Made by a program: the position numbers and the translations under genes. From an uncultured Clostridia bacterium (GTDB lineage: Bacteria > Bacillota > Clostridia > Christensenellales > UBA1242): a stretch of 64,000 bases of DNA. Shown piece by piece: positions 47,662-56,586 of the stretch (positions are counted from its first letter, which is position 1; each line of letters begins with the position of its first letter). Where the stretch lies: NCBI GenBank assembly GCA_944332185.1, contig CALVJJ010000005.1, positions 438 to 64,437 of the forward strand. Direction: 5' to 3'. Under the pieces are notes generated by a model. The model was not told the DNA's origin and searched no databases. It saw only the letters and a list, made by a program, of their open reading frames with translations.

Positions 47662-49161
47662 ATGAACAAATTATTAAAATCTGTTGCCATCTTAAGTTTT
47701 TTTTCTGTCTTAACTAGATTATTAAGTTTTATATTCAAAATTATTTTATCTAGGTCTATTTCTACAGAAATATTAGGTATGTACACCATCAGTTTATCTA
47801 TTTTTATGGTGATGTCTACCATGGTTAGTAGTGGGTTTCCTCTTACTATTTCAAAATTAACTGCTTCCTATACCACACAACACAAAAAAGACAAGCTTTG
47901 GAAATCTCTCTCCTGTAGTATCATTCTTACCACGAGCATATCTATTGTACTGATTTTTCTTGTCATATTTGCAAAACGACTTTTCCCAATATTTGAAGAC
48001 AATATTGTCTACCAAATGGTATCTCTTTCTTTGCCTGCTGTCGTATTTAGTGCCTTATATTCTACATTTCGCGGCTATTTGTGGGGACTGGAAAAATATG
48101 TGTCTGTAAGCATTGTCGAAATCGTAGAACAAATCATTCGTATTCTTACTTTTGTAGCCTTATTTTTTACCACCAACACAATGGTTCATGCCTATATCCC
48201 TAGTATGAGTTTGTCTATTGCCTGTGTCTTAAGTACTATATTTGGAATTTATTTATTCTATCGTTGCGGTGGACGACTGTCAAAACCAACAAAAGAGTAC
48301 TCCCCTATTTTAAAATCTAGTATTCCTATCACCTCTGTCAAAACAGCTGGTAGCCTGTTGCCACCTATCATGAATATGTTGCTTCCATCTAGGCTCATGG
48401 CGAATGGATATACAAAACAACAAAGTCTTGCTCAACTTGGTATCTATATGGGTATGACCATGTCCTTGCTCAGTATCCCTAGTACCATTATTGGTTCGCT
48501 AGCCATGGCACTGATTCCCCAAATTACCATTTTACATGAAAAAGAAAATAATTTGGCCCTGACAAAACAAATTTCTAGTGCTTTACATTTTACTATTTTT
48601 TGTTCTATGATTTGTATTCCTGTTTTTTTAAGTTTAGGTACATCATTATGCAGTTTGATTTTTGATAATATGCAAGCAGGTGTGTACTTAACCCACGCAT
48701 GTTTCTTACTTGTTCCAATGGGAATTAGTATGCTTACTACTTCTATGCTCAATTCTATGGGACAAGAAATAAAAACGTTTCAATATTTCATGATTTCTAC
48801 CATCGTATCTATTGCTTTAATTTATATTTTGCCACAATACTGTGGTGTAGAAGCTATTATTTATGCTATGGGAATTAGTCAAATCCTTACTTGCGTACTG
48901 AATCTTCGCAAACTCAATAAACTACTTCATTTTTCTATTCCAATTCTAAAACCTATTCTTTACCAAAGTGGTATAGTGTGTATTGTCACTATTTGTGCAA
49001 AACTTATCAATTCCCTTTGTCTATACCTATTCCCTACTGTAATTACTATTATACTAGTAGGCATGGTATGTGCCATCAGTTATATTATGCTTGCTATTTG
49101 TTTTGGGCAATTAGATGTTGAGTATATTAAAAAAAGTTTAATCAAGAAAAAAACAGCCTAG
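47662..49161 (+). CDS. MOP-superfamily polysaccharide/lipid II flippase (SpoVB/MurJ-like)
   Basis: 499 aa with about 14 TM helices. The N-terminus KSVAILSFFSVLTRLLSFIFKIILSRSISTEILGMY is typical of the family. AGGAGG lies 8 nt upstream. Confidence 0.8.
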   Translation: MNKLLKSVAILSFFSVLTRLLSFIFKIILSRSISTEILGMYTISLSIFMVMSTMVSSGFPLTISKLTASYTTQHKKDKLWKSLSCSIILTTSISIVLIFLVIFAKRLFPIFEDNIVYQMVSLSLPAVVFSALYSTFRGYLWGLEKYVSVSIVEIVEQIIRILTFVALFFTTNTMVHAYIPSMSLSIACVLSTIFGIYLFYRCGGRLSKPTKEYSPILKSSIPITSVKTAGSLLPPIMNMLLPSRLMANGYTKQQSLAQLGIYMGMTMSLLSIPSTIIGSLAMALIPQITILHEKENNLALTKQISSALHFTIFCSMICIPVFLSLGTSLCSLIFDNMQAGVYLTHACFLLVPMGISMLTTSMLNSMGQEIKTFQYFMISTIVSIALIYILPQYCGVEAIIYAMGISQILTCVLNLRKLNKLLHFSIPILKPILYQSGIVCIVTICAKLINSLCLYLFPTVITIILVGMVCAISYIMLAICFGQLDVEYIKKSLIKKKTA

Positions 49162-49216
49162 TTTATTTAGGTTGTTTTTTTGTATAATTGTTTTGATAAT
49201 TGTCTATAGTATACCC

Positions 49217-49939
49217 ATGACATACACAATTATTGTTCGTAGTATCATTATATACTGCATTGTATTATTTTTATTAAGAGTTATGGGCAAAAGGCAGTTA
49301 GGCGAAATGCAACCGTATGAATTCGTCATCACGATGATTATCGCTGATTTGGCTACTATTCCTATGTCTGACACAGCACTGCCTTTGCTTCATGGTATTA
49401 TTCCTATTTGTACACTTGCTTTACTACATTTTTTCTTTTCTTTCTTAAGTCGAAAAAGCAAATATTTGCGAAAAATTTTAAATGGAAAACCTGTCATCGT
49501 CATTACCCCTGATGGTATTGATTATACTGCTCTACAACTGCTCAATATGACCTTCAATGACCTTATGGAATCCTTACGAACGTCAGGCTATTTTCATATA
49601 GAAGAAGTTTTATATGCCATCATGCAGACCAATGGTTCCTTAAGTGTCATGCCTAGATCAGCCTACTCCCCTTTAACACCACAAGATATGCATCTAAAAA
49701 AAGAAGAATCTAGTTTGCCTATTATTGTGTTGACAGAAGGCAAAATTGATGAAAGCAATCTCAATATGGCCCAAATTAGCGAACAATTCTTAAAACAAGA
49801 ATTACAATCTCTAGGATTTTCTAATATCAAAGAAATTGTGTTAGTTACGATTGATCAACAAGGGTGTATGTATATAAAACCAAAAATAGGAAAATTCATT
49901 ACCCACAAAATAGAATATAATGGCAAAAGACATTGGTAG
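49217..49939 (+). CDS. DUF421 (YetF-like) membrane protein
   Basis: 240 aa from the ATG at 49217. The sequence LLRVMGKRQLGEMQPYEFVITMIIADLA is the DUF421 signature. A DUF4363-like gene follows. Confidence 0.75.
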   Translation: MTYTIIVRSIIIYCIVLFLLRVMGKRQLGEMQPYEFVITMIIADLATIPMSDTALPLLHGIIPICTLALLHFFFSFLSRKSKYLRKILNGKPVIVITPDGIDYTALQLLNMTFNDLMESLRTSGYFHIEEVLYAIMQTNGSLSVMPRSAYSPLTPQDMHLKKEESSLPIIVLTEGKIDESNLNMAQISEQFLKQELQSLGFSNIKEIVLVTIDQQGCMYIKPKIGKFITHKIEYNGKRHW

Positions 49940-49945
49940 GTGCTT

Positions 49946-50332
49946 ATGACTAGAAGAATTGCTCTTATTGTGATATTGGTATTTTTAGTCACTCTCGGGA
50001 CTTATGAAATCATTGCTGTCAATATGTTCCTAGATCACATGGAAAAAGCTGTCGATCAGTTGCAAACCGAAATTACACTCCACCAAGACGATCTTACCGT
50101 TCTAGTAGAGTATGTGAATCAAGAAAAAGCTTATTGGGAAAAGAGAGAAAAAAATTTGAATCTTATGTTCAATCATAAGGATTTAAAAAATGTTTGTGAC
50201 ACAATGAATAGAGTGCAAACTTATATTGCACAAAATGACTATGAGAATGCTCTTGTCGAAATGAATGTACTTGTAGAAACAGTGCACGAATTACGTTCTG
50301 TTATGTGTTTTAATTATGATAATATTCTATGA
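49946..50332 (+). CDS. DUF4363-like small membrane-anchored protein
   Basis: About 128 aa (ATG 49946; an upstream GTG at 49940 is also possible). It has one N-terminal TM followed by a helical domain. It is the conserved partner of DUF421 genes. Confidence 0.55.
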   Translation: MTRRIALIVILVFLVTLGTYEIIAVNMFLDHMEKAVDQLQTEITLHQDDLTVLVEYVNQEKAYWEKREKNLNLMFNHKDLKNVCDTMNRVQTYIAQNDYENALVEMNVLVETVHELRSVMCFNYDNIL

Positions 50333-50656
50333 TACTAAAATATTTTTACTAAACTGGTATACATACTAGGTTTTTATGTTCTTACGTATAAGATATATCA
50401 TGTGATGGTAAACAAATAGTCTTTTTTAATACCAAAATATTTAAGATTTTTATTTTTATATTGACTCATTTTTACTAGTGATAAAATTGTCTATCATAAT
50501 GAATTTTTGATCTTATTTCCAAAAGGTACGGTATGGCTTATCATACCTTTTCTTACTTAGGTTCATTTTCAAAATATTCATAAAAAAATAAAAGATAGAG
50601 TTCTCTACCTTTTATTTTTTTAATAAGTTATGCTTGTATTGTATCAGTGATAAGTC

Positions 50657-53464
50657 TTATTTTTTAGCTAACCATTTTTTAAGATATTTTCCCGTATAAC
50701 TTTCTTTGCAGTCTGCCACCTCTTCTGGAGTACCGTGTGCAATCATCGTGCCTCCTTTTTCTCCCCCTTCTGGTCCCAAATCAATAATATAATCAGCAAC
50801 TTTGATCACATCTAGATTGTGTTCTATGACAACAACGGTATTCCCTTTGCCGACTAATTGATTGAGAATATGAATAAGTTTGTCCACATCATACATATGC
50901 AGTCCAGTCGTTGGTTCATCTAGAATATACAGTGTTTTACCTGTACTACGTTTTGATAATTCTGTAGCAAGTTTTACTCTTTGTGCTTCGCCACCACTAA
51001 GCTCTGTGGCCGGTTGTCCCAACTTAATGTATCCAAGTCCTACATCTACCATTGTTTTTAATTTGTTCCTAAGTCTTGGCAAACTTTCAAAAAAGTCGTA
51101 TGCTTCTCCAATCGTCATATCTAACACATCAAATATTGACTTGCCTTTATATTTTACTTCCAAGGTTTCACGATTGTATCTTTTTCCCCCACAAACTTCA
51201 CAAGGGACATAGACATCTGGCAAAAAGAACATTTCAATGGTATTGATCCCTGCACCACCACAGTGTTCACATCTACCCCCACTGATATTAAAACTAAATC
51301 TACTAGCTGTATAGCCTCTTTCTTTTGCTCCTTCTGTACTTGCGAATAGTTCTCTAATATCTGTGAATAGTCCTGTATAAGTAGCCGGATTGCTTCGTGG
51401 AGTCCTTCCTATTGGACTTTGATCAATATTGATCACTTTATCGAATTTGTCTAGCCCAATAATTTCTTTATATTTTCCTTCTTGTAAGTTGGATCCATTG
51501 AAATAATTTGCGGCAGCTGGATATAAGATTTCATTGATCAAACTACTCTTTCCACTTCCACTTACCCCAGTAATACAAGTCATCACACCAGTAGGAATAT
51601 CTACTCTAATATTTTTCAAATTGTTCTGTTTTGCTCCCACAATGCTTAAGAATCCTGTTGGTGTTCGGCGTATTGGTGGTACTGCGATCTTCAATTCACC
51701 ACTTAAATATTTTCCTGTCAAACTATGTGGATTCTTCATCAATTCTTCTGCAGTACCTGTTGCGACAATCTCGCCTCCAAATTTTCCAGCAAATGGACCA
51801 ATATCAATAATATGATCGGCACAACGCATAGTGTCTTCATCATGTTCTACCACAATGACCGTATTACCCAAATCTCGTAATTGCGTTAGAGTTGCTAGCA
51901 ATTTGTCATTATCTCTTTGATGCAACCCAATACTAGGTTCATCTAGAATATACATAACACCTGTCAGTCCACTACCAATTTGTGTAGCAAGACGGATTCT
52001 CTGTGACTCTCCACCACTCAATGTCCCTGCCATTCTTGATAGTGTCAAATACTCTAATCCCACATTGATCAAAAAATTGAGTCTTGATTTTATTTCTTTT
52101 AGAATTGGTTCTGCAATTTTTTGTTGTGTCTGTGTTAGTTTTAATTTGTTTAAAAACTCGTGAATTTTAGCAACGGACAAATCCGTCAGTTCAATAATAT
52201 CTAACCCACCAATTTTGACATTTAAGGAAGATTGTTTTAGTCTTTTCCCATGACAAGTATTGCAAGGGACTTCTACCATCATTTTCCCAATTTCATTTTT
52301 GATATATTCACTTGTGGTTTCTTTATATCTTTTTTCTAGATTTGGTACAATTCCTTCAAAGGCAACTTCCCCTTGTTTTTTAAGCCAACTCATATAACAA
52401 GGTATTTTTTCTCCCTTTGTTCCGTACAAAATCATATCTTGCATAGCACTAGGCAGATCTTGAAAAGGTGTTTTTAAATCTTGGCCAAAATACTCTGCTA
52501 CTGCTTTATAAAACATCTTAGCCATACCCGAATCATAGGTCCACCCGGTAATATTCAATGCTTTTTTAACAGGTTGTGTTGGATCTTTTACAATTTTATC
52601 TCTTGCAATACATTGGCGAAATCCAAGTCCACTACATTCTGGACAAGCGCCATAAGGATTGTTAAAACTAAAAATTCTTGGAGCAACTTCTTCCATAGAA
52701 TACCCACAAGTTGGACAAGCATGATTGATAGAATAGATATCTTCTTGATCATCATGAGTAATAAGAACTAAGCCCTTACTTTCCTTTAATGCTGTCTCTA
52801 CACTCTCCGTTAGTCTAGAACGTATATCAGGACGCATCACAAGTCTGTCGACCACAATAGAAATGGTGTGTTTAATATTTTTTTCTAGATGGATTTCCTC
52901 TTCTAAAAGATACTCTTCTCCATCTATTGTCACACGTACATACCCATCTTTTTTAAAATCTTCTAGTTCTTTAGCAAAAGTTCCTTTTTTCCCTTTAATT
53001 ACAGGACTTAAAACTTTAAATTTTGTACCTTCTTCTAGATTCATGATTTGATCAATGATATTGTCAATCGTTTGTGTAGAAATTTCTTTATGACAATTTG
53101 GACAATATACTTTGCCAATATGAGCATACAAAAGTCTCAAATAATCATAAATTTCTGTCACTGTACCTACTGTACTTCTAGGATTGTTGCTTGTGGTCTT
53201 TTGATCAATAGCAATGCTTGGACTTAAACCTTCAATACTATCTACATCAGGTTTGTGCATCTGTCCTAAAAATTGTCTTGCATACGAACTAAGGGATTCC
53301 ATATATCTTCTTTGTCCTTCTGCAAAAATGGTATCGAATGCTAGTGTACTCTTTCCACTACCACTCACACCCGTCAGTACTACTAATTTGTTCCTAGGGA
53401 TCACAACATCTATATTTTTAAGATTGTTTTCTCGTGCTCCTTTGATTACTATATCTTTTACCAT
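50657..53464 (-). CDS. uvrA: Excinuclease ABC subunit A
   Basis: 935 aa. It has two ABC modules (GVSGSGKSTL x2, LSGGE.QR), zinc-finger Cys clusters, and the N-terminus IVIKGARENNLKNI. Confidence 0.96.
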   Translation of the reverse strand: MVKDIVIKGARENNLKNIDVVIPRNKLVVLTGVSGSGKSTLAFDTIFAEGQRRYMESLSSYARQFLGQMHKPDVDSIEGLSPSIAIDQKTTSNNPRSTVGTVTEIYDYLRLLYAHIGKVYCPNCHKEISTQTIDNIIDQIMNLEEGTKFKVLSPVIKGKKGTFAKELEDFKKDGYVRVTIDGEEYLLEEEIHLEKNIKHTISIVVDRLVMRPDIRSRLTESVETALKESKGLVLITHDDQEDIYSINHACPTCGYSMEEVAPRIFSFNNPYGACPECSGLGFRQCIARDKIVKDPTQPVKKALNITGWTYDSGMAKMFYKAVAEYFGQDLKTPFQDLPSAMQDMILYGTKGEKIPCYMSWLKKQGEVAFEGIVPNLEKRYKETTSEYIKNEIGKMMVEVPCNTCHGKRLKQSSLNVKIGGLDIIELTDLSVAKIHEFLNKLKLTQTQQKIAEPILKEIKSRLNFLINVGLEYLTLSRMAGTLSGGESQRIRLATQIGSGLTGVMYILDEPSIGLHQRDNDKLLATLTQLRDLGNTVIVVEHDEDTMRCADHIIDIGPFAGKFGGEIVATGTAEELMKNPHSLTGKYLSGELKIAVPPIRRTPTGFLSIVGAKQNNLKNIRVDIPTGVMTCITGVSGSGKSSLINEILYPAAANYFNGSNLQEGKYKEIIGLDKFDKVINIDQSPIGRTPRSNPATYTGLFTDIRELFASTEGAKERGYTASRFSFNISGGRCEHCGGAGINTIEMFFLPDVYVPCEVCGGKRYNRETLEVKYKGKSIFDVLDMTIGEAYDFFESLPRLRNKLKTMVDVGLGYIKLGQPATELSGGEAQRVKLATELSKRSTGKTLYILDEPTTGLHMYDVDKLIHILNQLVGKGNTVVVIEHNLDVIKVADYIIDLGPEGGEKGGTMIAHGTPEEVADCKESYTGKYLKKWLAKK

Positions 53465-53465
53465 A

Positions 53466-55421
53466 TTACTTTTTCCTACTCTTTTTTAATTCTGCTAATT
53501 CTTCTCTAAGCTGTATAGCTGTTTCAAAATCCAATCGATCGGCAGCAAGTTTCATTAGACTTTGAATCTTTTCTATTTCTTCTTGTAATTCTTTGTTGTT
53601 TTTATATTGTTTTTTACTTTCTTTCTTACTAATCTGCAATGTATTTTTTACAGGTTTTATGATGGTTTTTGGTGTAATGCCATGCTCTAGATTGTATTGC
53701 TGTTGAATAGTACGACGTCTTTTTGTTTCTGTAATTGCTTTTTCCATACTTTCTGTAATATGGTTTGCATACAGAATGACTCTGGCTTCAGCATTACGAG
53801 CCGCTCTACCAATAGTTTGGATCAATGCCCATTCGCTTCGTAAGAAACCTTCTTTGTCTGCATCTAGAATTGCAACCAATTTTACTTCTGGTATATCCAA
53901 TCCTTCTCGTAAAAGATTGATGCCAATGAGTACATCGAATTTGTCTAAACGCAAATCGTTGATAATATCTACACGCTCTAAAGTATCAATATCGCTATGC
54001 AAGTATCTAACCCTAATACCATGTTCGGTCAAAAAGCTGGTTAGACTTTCTGCCATTTTTTTCGTAAGTGTAGTTACTAATACTTTGCCATTGGTATGCA
54101 AAACAGTGTGAATTTCTCCAATTAAATCATCAATTTGGCCATCGATTGGACGTACTTCAATGGTAGGATCTAATAGTCCTGTTGGTCTAATGATCTGTTC
54201 TACCACTTGATCACTATGTTCTAGTTCATATTTTGCTGGTGTAGCTGATACGAATACTACTTGTGGGATTCTAGCCTCGAATTCTTCAAAGTTGAGTGGC
54301 CTATTATCATAAGCGGCAGGCAATCTAAAACCATACTCTACTAGATTCTTTTTACGTGCAAAGTCTCCAGCAAACATACCTCGTACTTGTGGAATAGTCA
54401 TGTGGCTTTCATCAATAAACATAATAAAATCTTTTGGAAAATAATCTAGCAACGTATATGGAGCTTCGCCCGGTTGTCTACCATCAAAATATCTAGAATA
54501 ATTCTCAATTCCACTGCAGTACCCTACTTCTTTCATCATTTCTAGATCATAATATACTCTTTGTTTGATACGTTCTGCTTCAATATATTTGCCTTGTTCC
54601 TCGAATTCTTTTACTCTATCTAGACAATCTTGTTCAATTTGAGCAAAAGCTTTTTCCATTTGTGCTTTTCCCACAGCATAGTGTGTGGCAGGCAAAATAA
54701 ACGCATGAGAAAGTGTAGACAATCTTTTCCCTGTTAAAACATCTATTTCACTAATTTGGTCTATTTCATCGCCAAAAAATTCAATACGAAGAGCTACTTC
54801 GCTACGGTTGGCTGGAATAATATCCAGAATATCTCCTTTAGATCGAAAGGTACTTCTTTGAAAATCAACATCATTCCTTTGATATTGTAAAGATACAAGA
54901 CGTTTTATAACATCTTGTTTTGACATTTTATCATTTGGTCTTAAAGACAAACACATAGAAGAATATGTTTCTGGTGCTCCTAATCCATAGATACAACTGA
55001 CACTTGCCACCACGATAACATCTCTTCTTTCAAAAAGTGAACAAGTTGCAGAATGTCTCAATTTGTCTATTTCTTCATTGATACTCATATCTTTATCAAT
55101 GTACGTATCAGAACTCACAATATAGGCTTCTGGCTGGTAATAATCATAATAAGACACAAAATATTCTACACGATTATTTGGAAAAAATTCTCGAAACTCA
55201 TTACACAACTGTGCAGCAAGTGTTTTATTATGGGCAAGGACAAGGGTTGGTCTATTGACTCTTGCAATAACATTGGCCATGGTAAATGTTTTACCACTTC
55301 CCGTAACACCCAGCAGTGTTTGTCCACGAAGTCCATCTTCAATCCCTTCTACCAATTTTTCAATAGCCTGAGGTTGATCTCCTGTTGGCTGATATTTGCT
55401 TACTAATTCAAATCTTTCCAT
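53466..55421 (-). CDS. uvrB: Excinuclease ABC subunit B
   Basis: 651 aa from [20 protein letters not shown] (ATG 55419-55421). It has the helicase motif GVTGSGKTF and a C-terminal UVR domain. The ORF-track start 6 codons upstream has no Shine-Dalgarno sequence. Confidence 0.95.
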   Translation of the reverse strand: MERFELVSKYQPTGDQPQAIEKLVEGIEDGLRGQTLLGVTGSGKTFTMANVIARVNRPTLVLAHNKTLAAQLCNEFREFFPNNRVEYFVSYYDYYQPEAYIVSSDTYIDKDMSINEEIDKLRHSATCSLFERRDVIVVASVSCIYGLGAPETYSSMCLSLRPNDKMSKQDVIKRLVSLQYQRNDVDFQRSTFRSKGDILDIIPANRSEVALRIEFFGDEIDQISEIDVLTGKRLSTLSHAFILPATHYAVGKAQMEKAFAQIEQDCLDRVKEFEEQGKYIEAERIKQRVYYDLEMMKEVGYCSGIENYSRYFDGRQPGEAPYTLLDYFPKDFIMFIDESHMTIPQVRGMFAGDFARKKNLVEYGFRLPAAYDNRPLNFEEFEARIPQVVFVSATPAKYELEHSDQVVEQIIRPTGLLDPTIEVRPIDGQIDDLIGEIHTVLHTNGKVLVTTLTKKMAESLTSFLTEHGIRVRYLHSDIDTLERVDIINDLRLDKFDVLIGINLLREGLDIPEVKLVAILDADKEGFLRSEWALIQTIGRAARNAEARVILYANHITESMEKAITETKRRRTIQQQYNLEHGITPKTIIKPVKNTLQISKKESKKQYKNNKELQEEIEKIQSLMKLAADRLDFETAIQLREELAELKKSRKK

Positions 55422-55551
55422 ACTATCATTATACCACATTTTGAAGAAAAATAAAGATATTTTTCTTTTCTCTTCTTTCTCTATTTTTGTCTATCATTTT
55501 TTAGGAGTCATACCCTACAATATACCATACCTTATGTGTTTGGTATTGCCA

Positions 55552-55580
55552 TAAAAAAATGTTGGTACTCCCAACATTTT
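55552..55580 (-). terminator. Rho-independent terminator after the wHTH-TM gene pair
   Basis: Stem ATGTTGG (55559-55565) pairs with CCAACAT (55571-55577). A T7 run follows on the minus strand, immediately after the stop codon. Confidence 0.6.
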
Positions 55581-55941
55581 AACCACCAAAAATTGCTTTT
55601 AATATGACACCCACAATAAAAGATAGAATTGCAAGTAAAACTGTTCTTACAATCAGGACTGTAGCAGTTTTTTTAGCAGAGGTTCTTTCTCTTAGATAAG
55701 ATTCTCCTTTTTGTTTTAATTTGACACAATACACCATTCTTCCTTTATTATCGCTCGTCACTGCCTCAATATAATCATCAAGTACAAGTGCATTGATAAT
55801 TTGATCTATTTCTATGGAATTTAATTCATACTTTGGCATAAGTGCTGTGGTAATCTGTTGTGGGCTAATCAGTGTCGATTCTTTGTCAACACACTCTCCA
55901 AACAGATATTCCATCACGGCATGTTCTTTTTTAGACAACAT
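55579..55941 (-). CDS. Small winged-helix-like protein with a C-terminal TM anchor (paralog 2)
   Basis: 120 aa. A soluble alpha/beta N-domain of about 85 aa is followed by the TM helix VLIVRTVLLAILSFIVGVILKAIF. It has the same length and architecture as the upstream gene. Confidence 0.6.
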   Translation of the reverse strand: MLSKKEHAVMEYLFGECVDKESTLISPQQITTALMPKYELNSIEIDQIINALVLDDYIEAVTSDNKGRMVYCVKLKQKGESYLRERTSAKKTATVLIVRTVLLAILSFIVGVILKAIFGG

Positions 55942-55949
55942 AATGATCC

Positions 55950-56312
55950 CTACCTAAAACATAAAATTGCTATCATTGCTCCTAAAAAAGCAGATAATCC
56001 ACTACATATCATCGAAGCAATGAATAATTTTCTAAAATTACGTGATACTTTGTATTGTTCAACTTCATTTTCAAAATACAATCTAGATTTTGGCAAAACA
56101 GCCAAACAATAAATATCACCTTCTTTGTATTTCACATCGATAAAATTTCTTTCATGTAGATAATCCATACACTGATTGATACTTTCTTGATCAAAAGCAT
56201 ATTTTTTAGGTAATGTCTGTAATAGATCTTCAATTTCAATTACTTTGTACCCATTATCTCCACAAAGATTTACGATGGTTTTTAAAAAACTTGCTGTTTG
56301 TTTATCTAACAT
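55950..56312 (-). CDS. Small winged-helix-like protein with a C-terminal TM anchor (paralog 1)
   Basis: 120 aa. The N-domain (…IEIEDLLQTLPKKYAFDQESINQCMDYLHERNFIDVKYKEGDIYCLAVLPKSRLYFE) is followed by the TM helix LFIASMICSGLSAFLGAMIAILCF. Confidence 0.6.
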   Translation of the reverse strand: MLDKQTASFLKTIVNLCGDNGYKVIEIEDLLQTLPKKYAFDQESINQCMDYLHERNFIDVKYKEGDIYCLAVLPKSRLYFENEVEQYKVSRNFRKLFIASMICSGLSAFLGAMIAILCFR

Positions 56313-56551
56313 AATTCTACCCTATATTTTGTATTTTATCAAAATCAATATAAAAAGGCAACTGACAACCTACAATTATCGTAATTTATTTTTAAGTTTT
56401 TTGATTTTAAATATTTTATTTTGCAGATTTTTCTTGCTTTTATACTACTATGCAATATATGATTTTACTATCAATATAGCCATATTTTTTTGTTTGCATA
56501 ATACGAATATAGTTTTGATACCAAGACAAAACAAAAAGACGACATAACGAC

Positions 56552-56578
56552 AAAAAAATGGGATTACTCCCATTTTTT
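56552..56578. terminator. Rho-independent terminator after the 1189-aa surface protein gene
   Basis: Stem AAATGGG pairs with CCCATTT around a 6-nt loop (56563-56568). It is flanked by an A7 run and a T6 run. Confidence 0.6.
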
Positions 56579-56586
56579 ATGCATCA

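Noticed and set aside
47526-47822. 98-aa minus-strand ORF overlapping the 5' end of the SpoVB/MurJ-like gene and abutting the LysM gene.
   Set aside because: Its first half is antisense to a well-supported plus-strand gene with a strong AGGAGG RBS. The only non-overlapping internal start (ATG 47661-47663) has no Shine-Dalgarno sequence. The region is better explained as a divergent promoter region of about 125 bp.
50462-50556. Possible orphan small-RNA unit in the 325-bp non-coding gap between the DUF4363 gene and the uvrA 3' end. It has TTGACT (50462-50467), an extended -10-like TGATAAAAT (50480-50488), and a hairpin GGTATG/CATACC (50531-50548) followed by TTTTCTT. An alternative pairing, AAAAGGTA/TACCTTTT, is also possible.
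   Set aside because: The -35/-10 spacer is only 15 nt and the hairpin stem only 6 bp. In DNA this AT-rich such matches arise easily by chance. Without conservation or transcript data I cannot support it as a feature. It would be worth a look only if RNA-seq is available.
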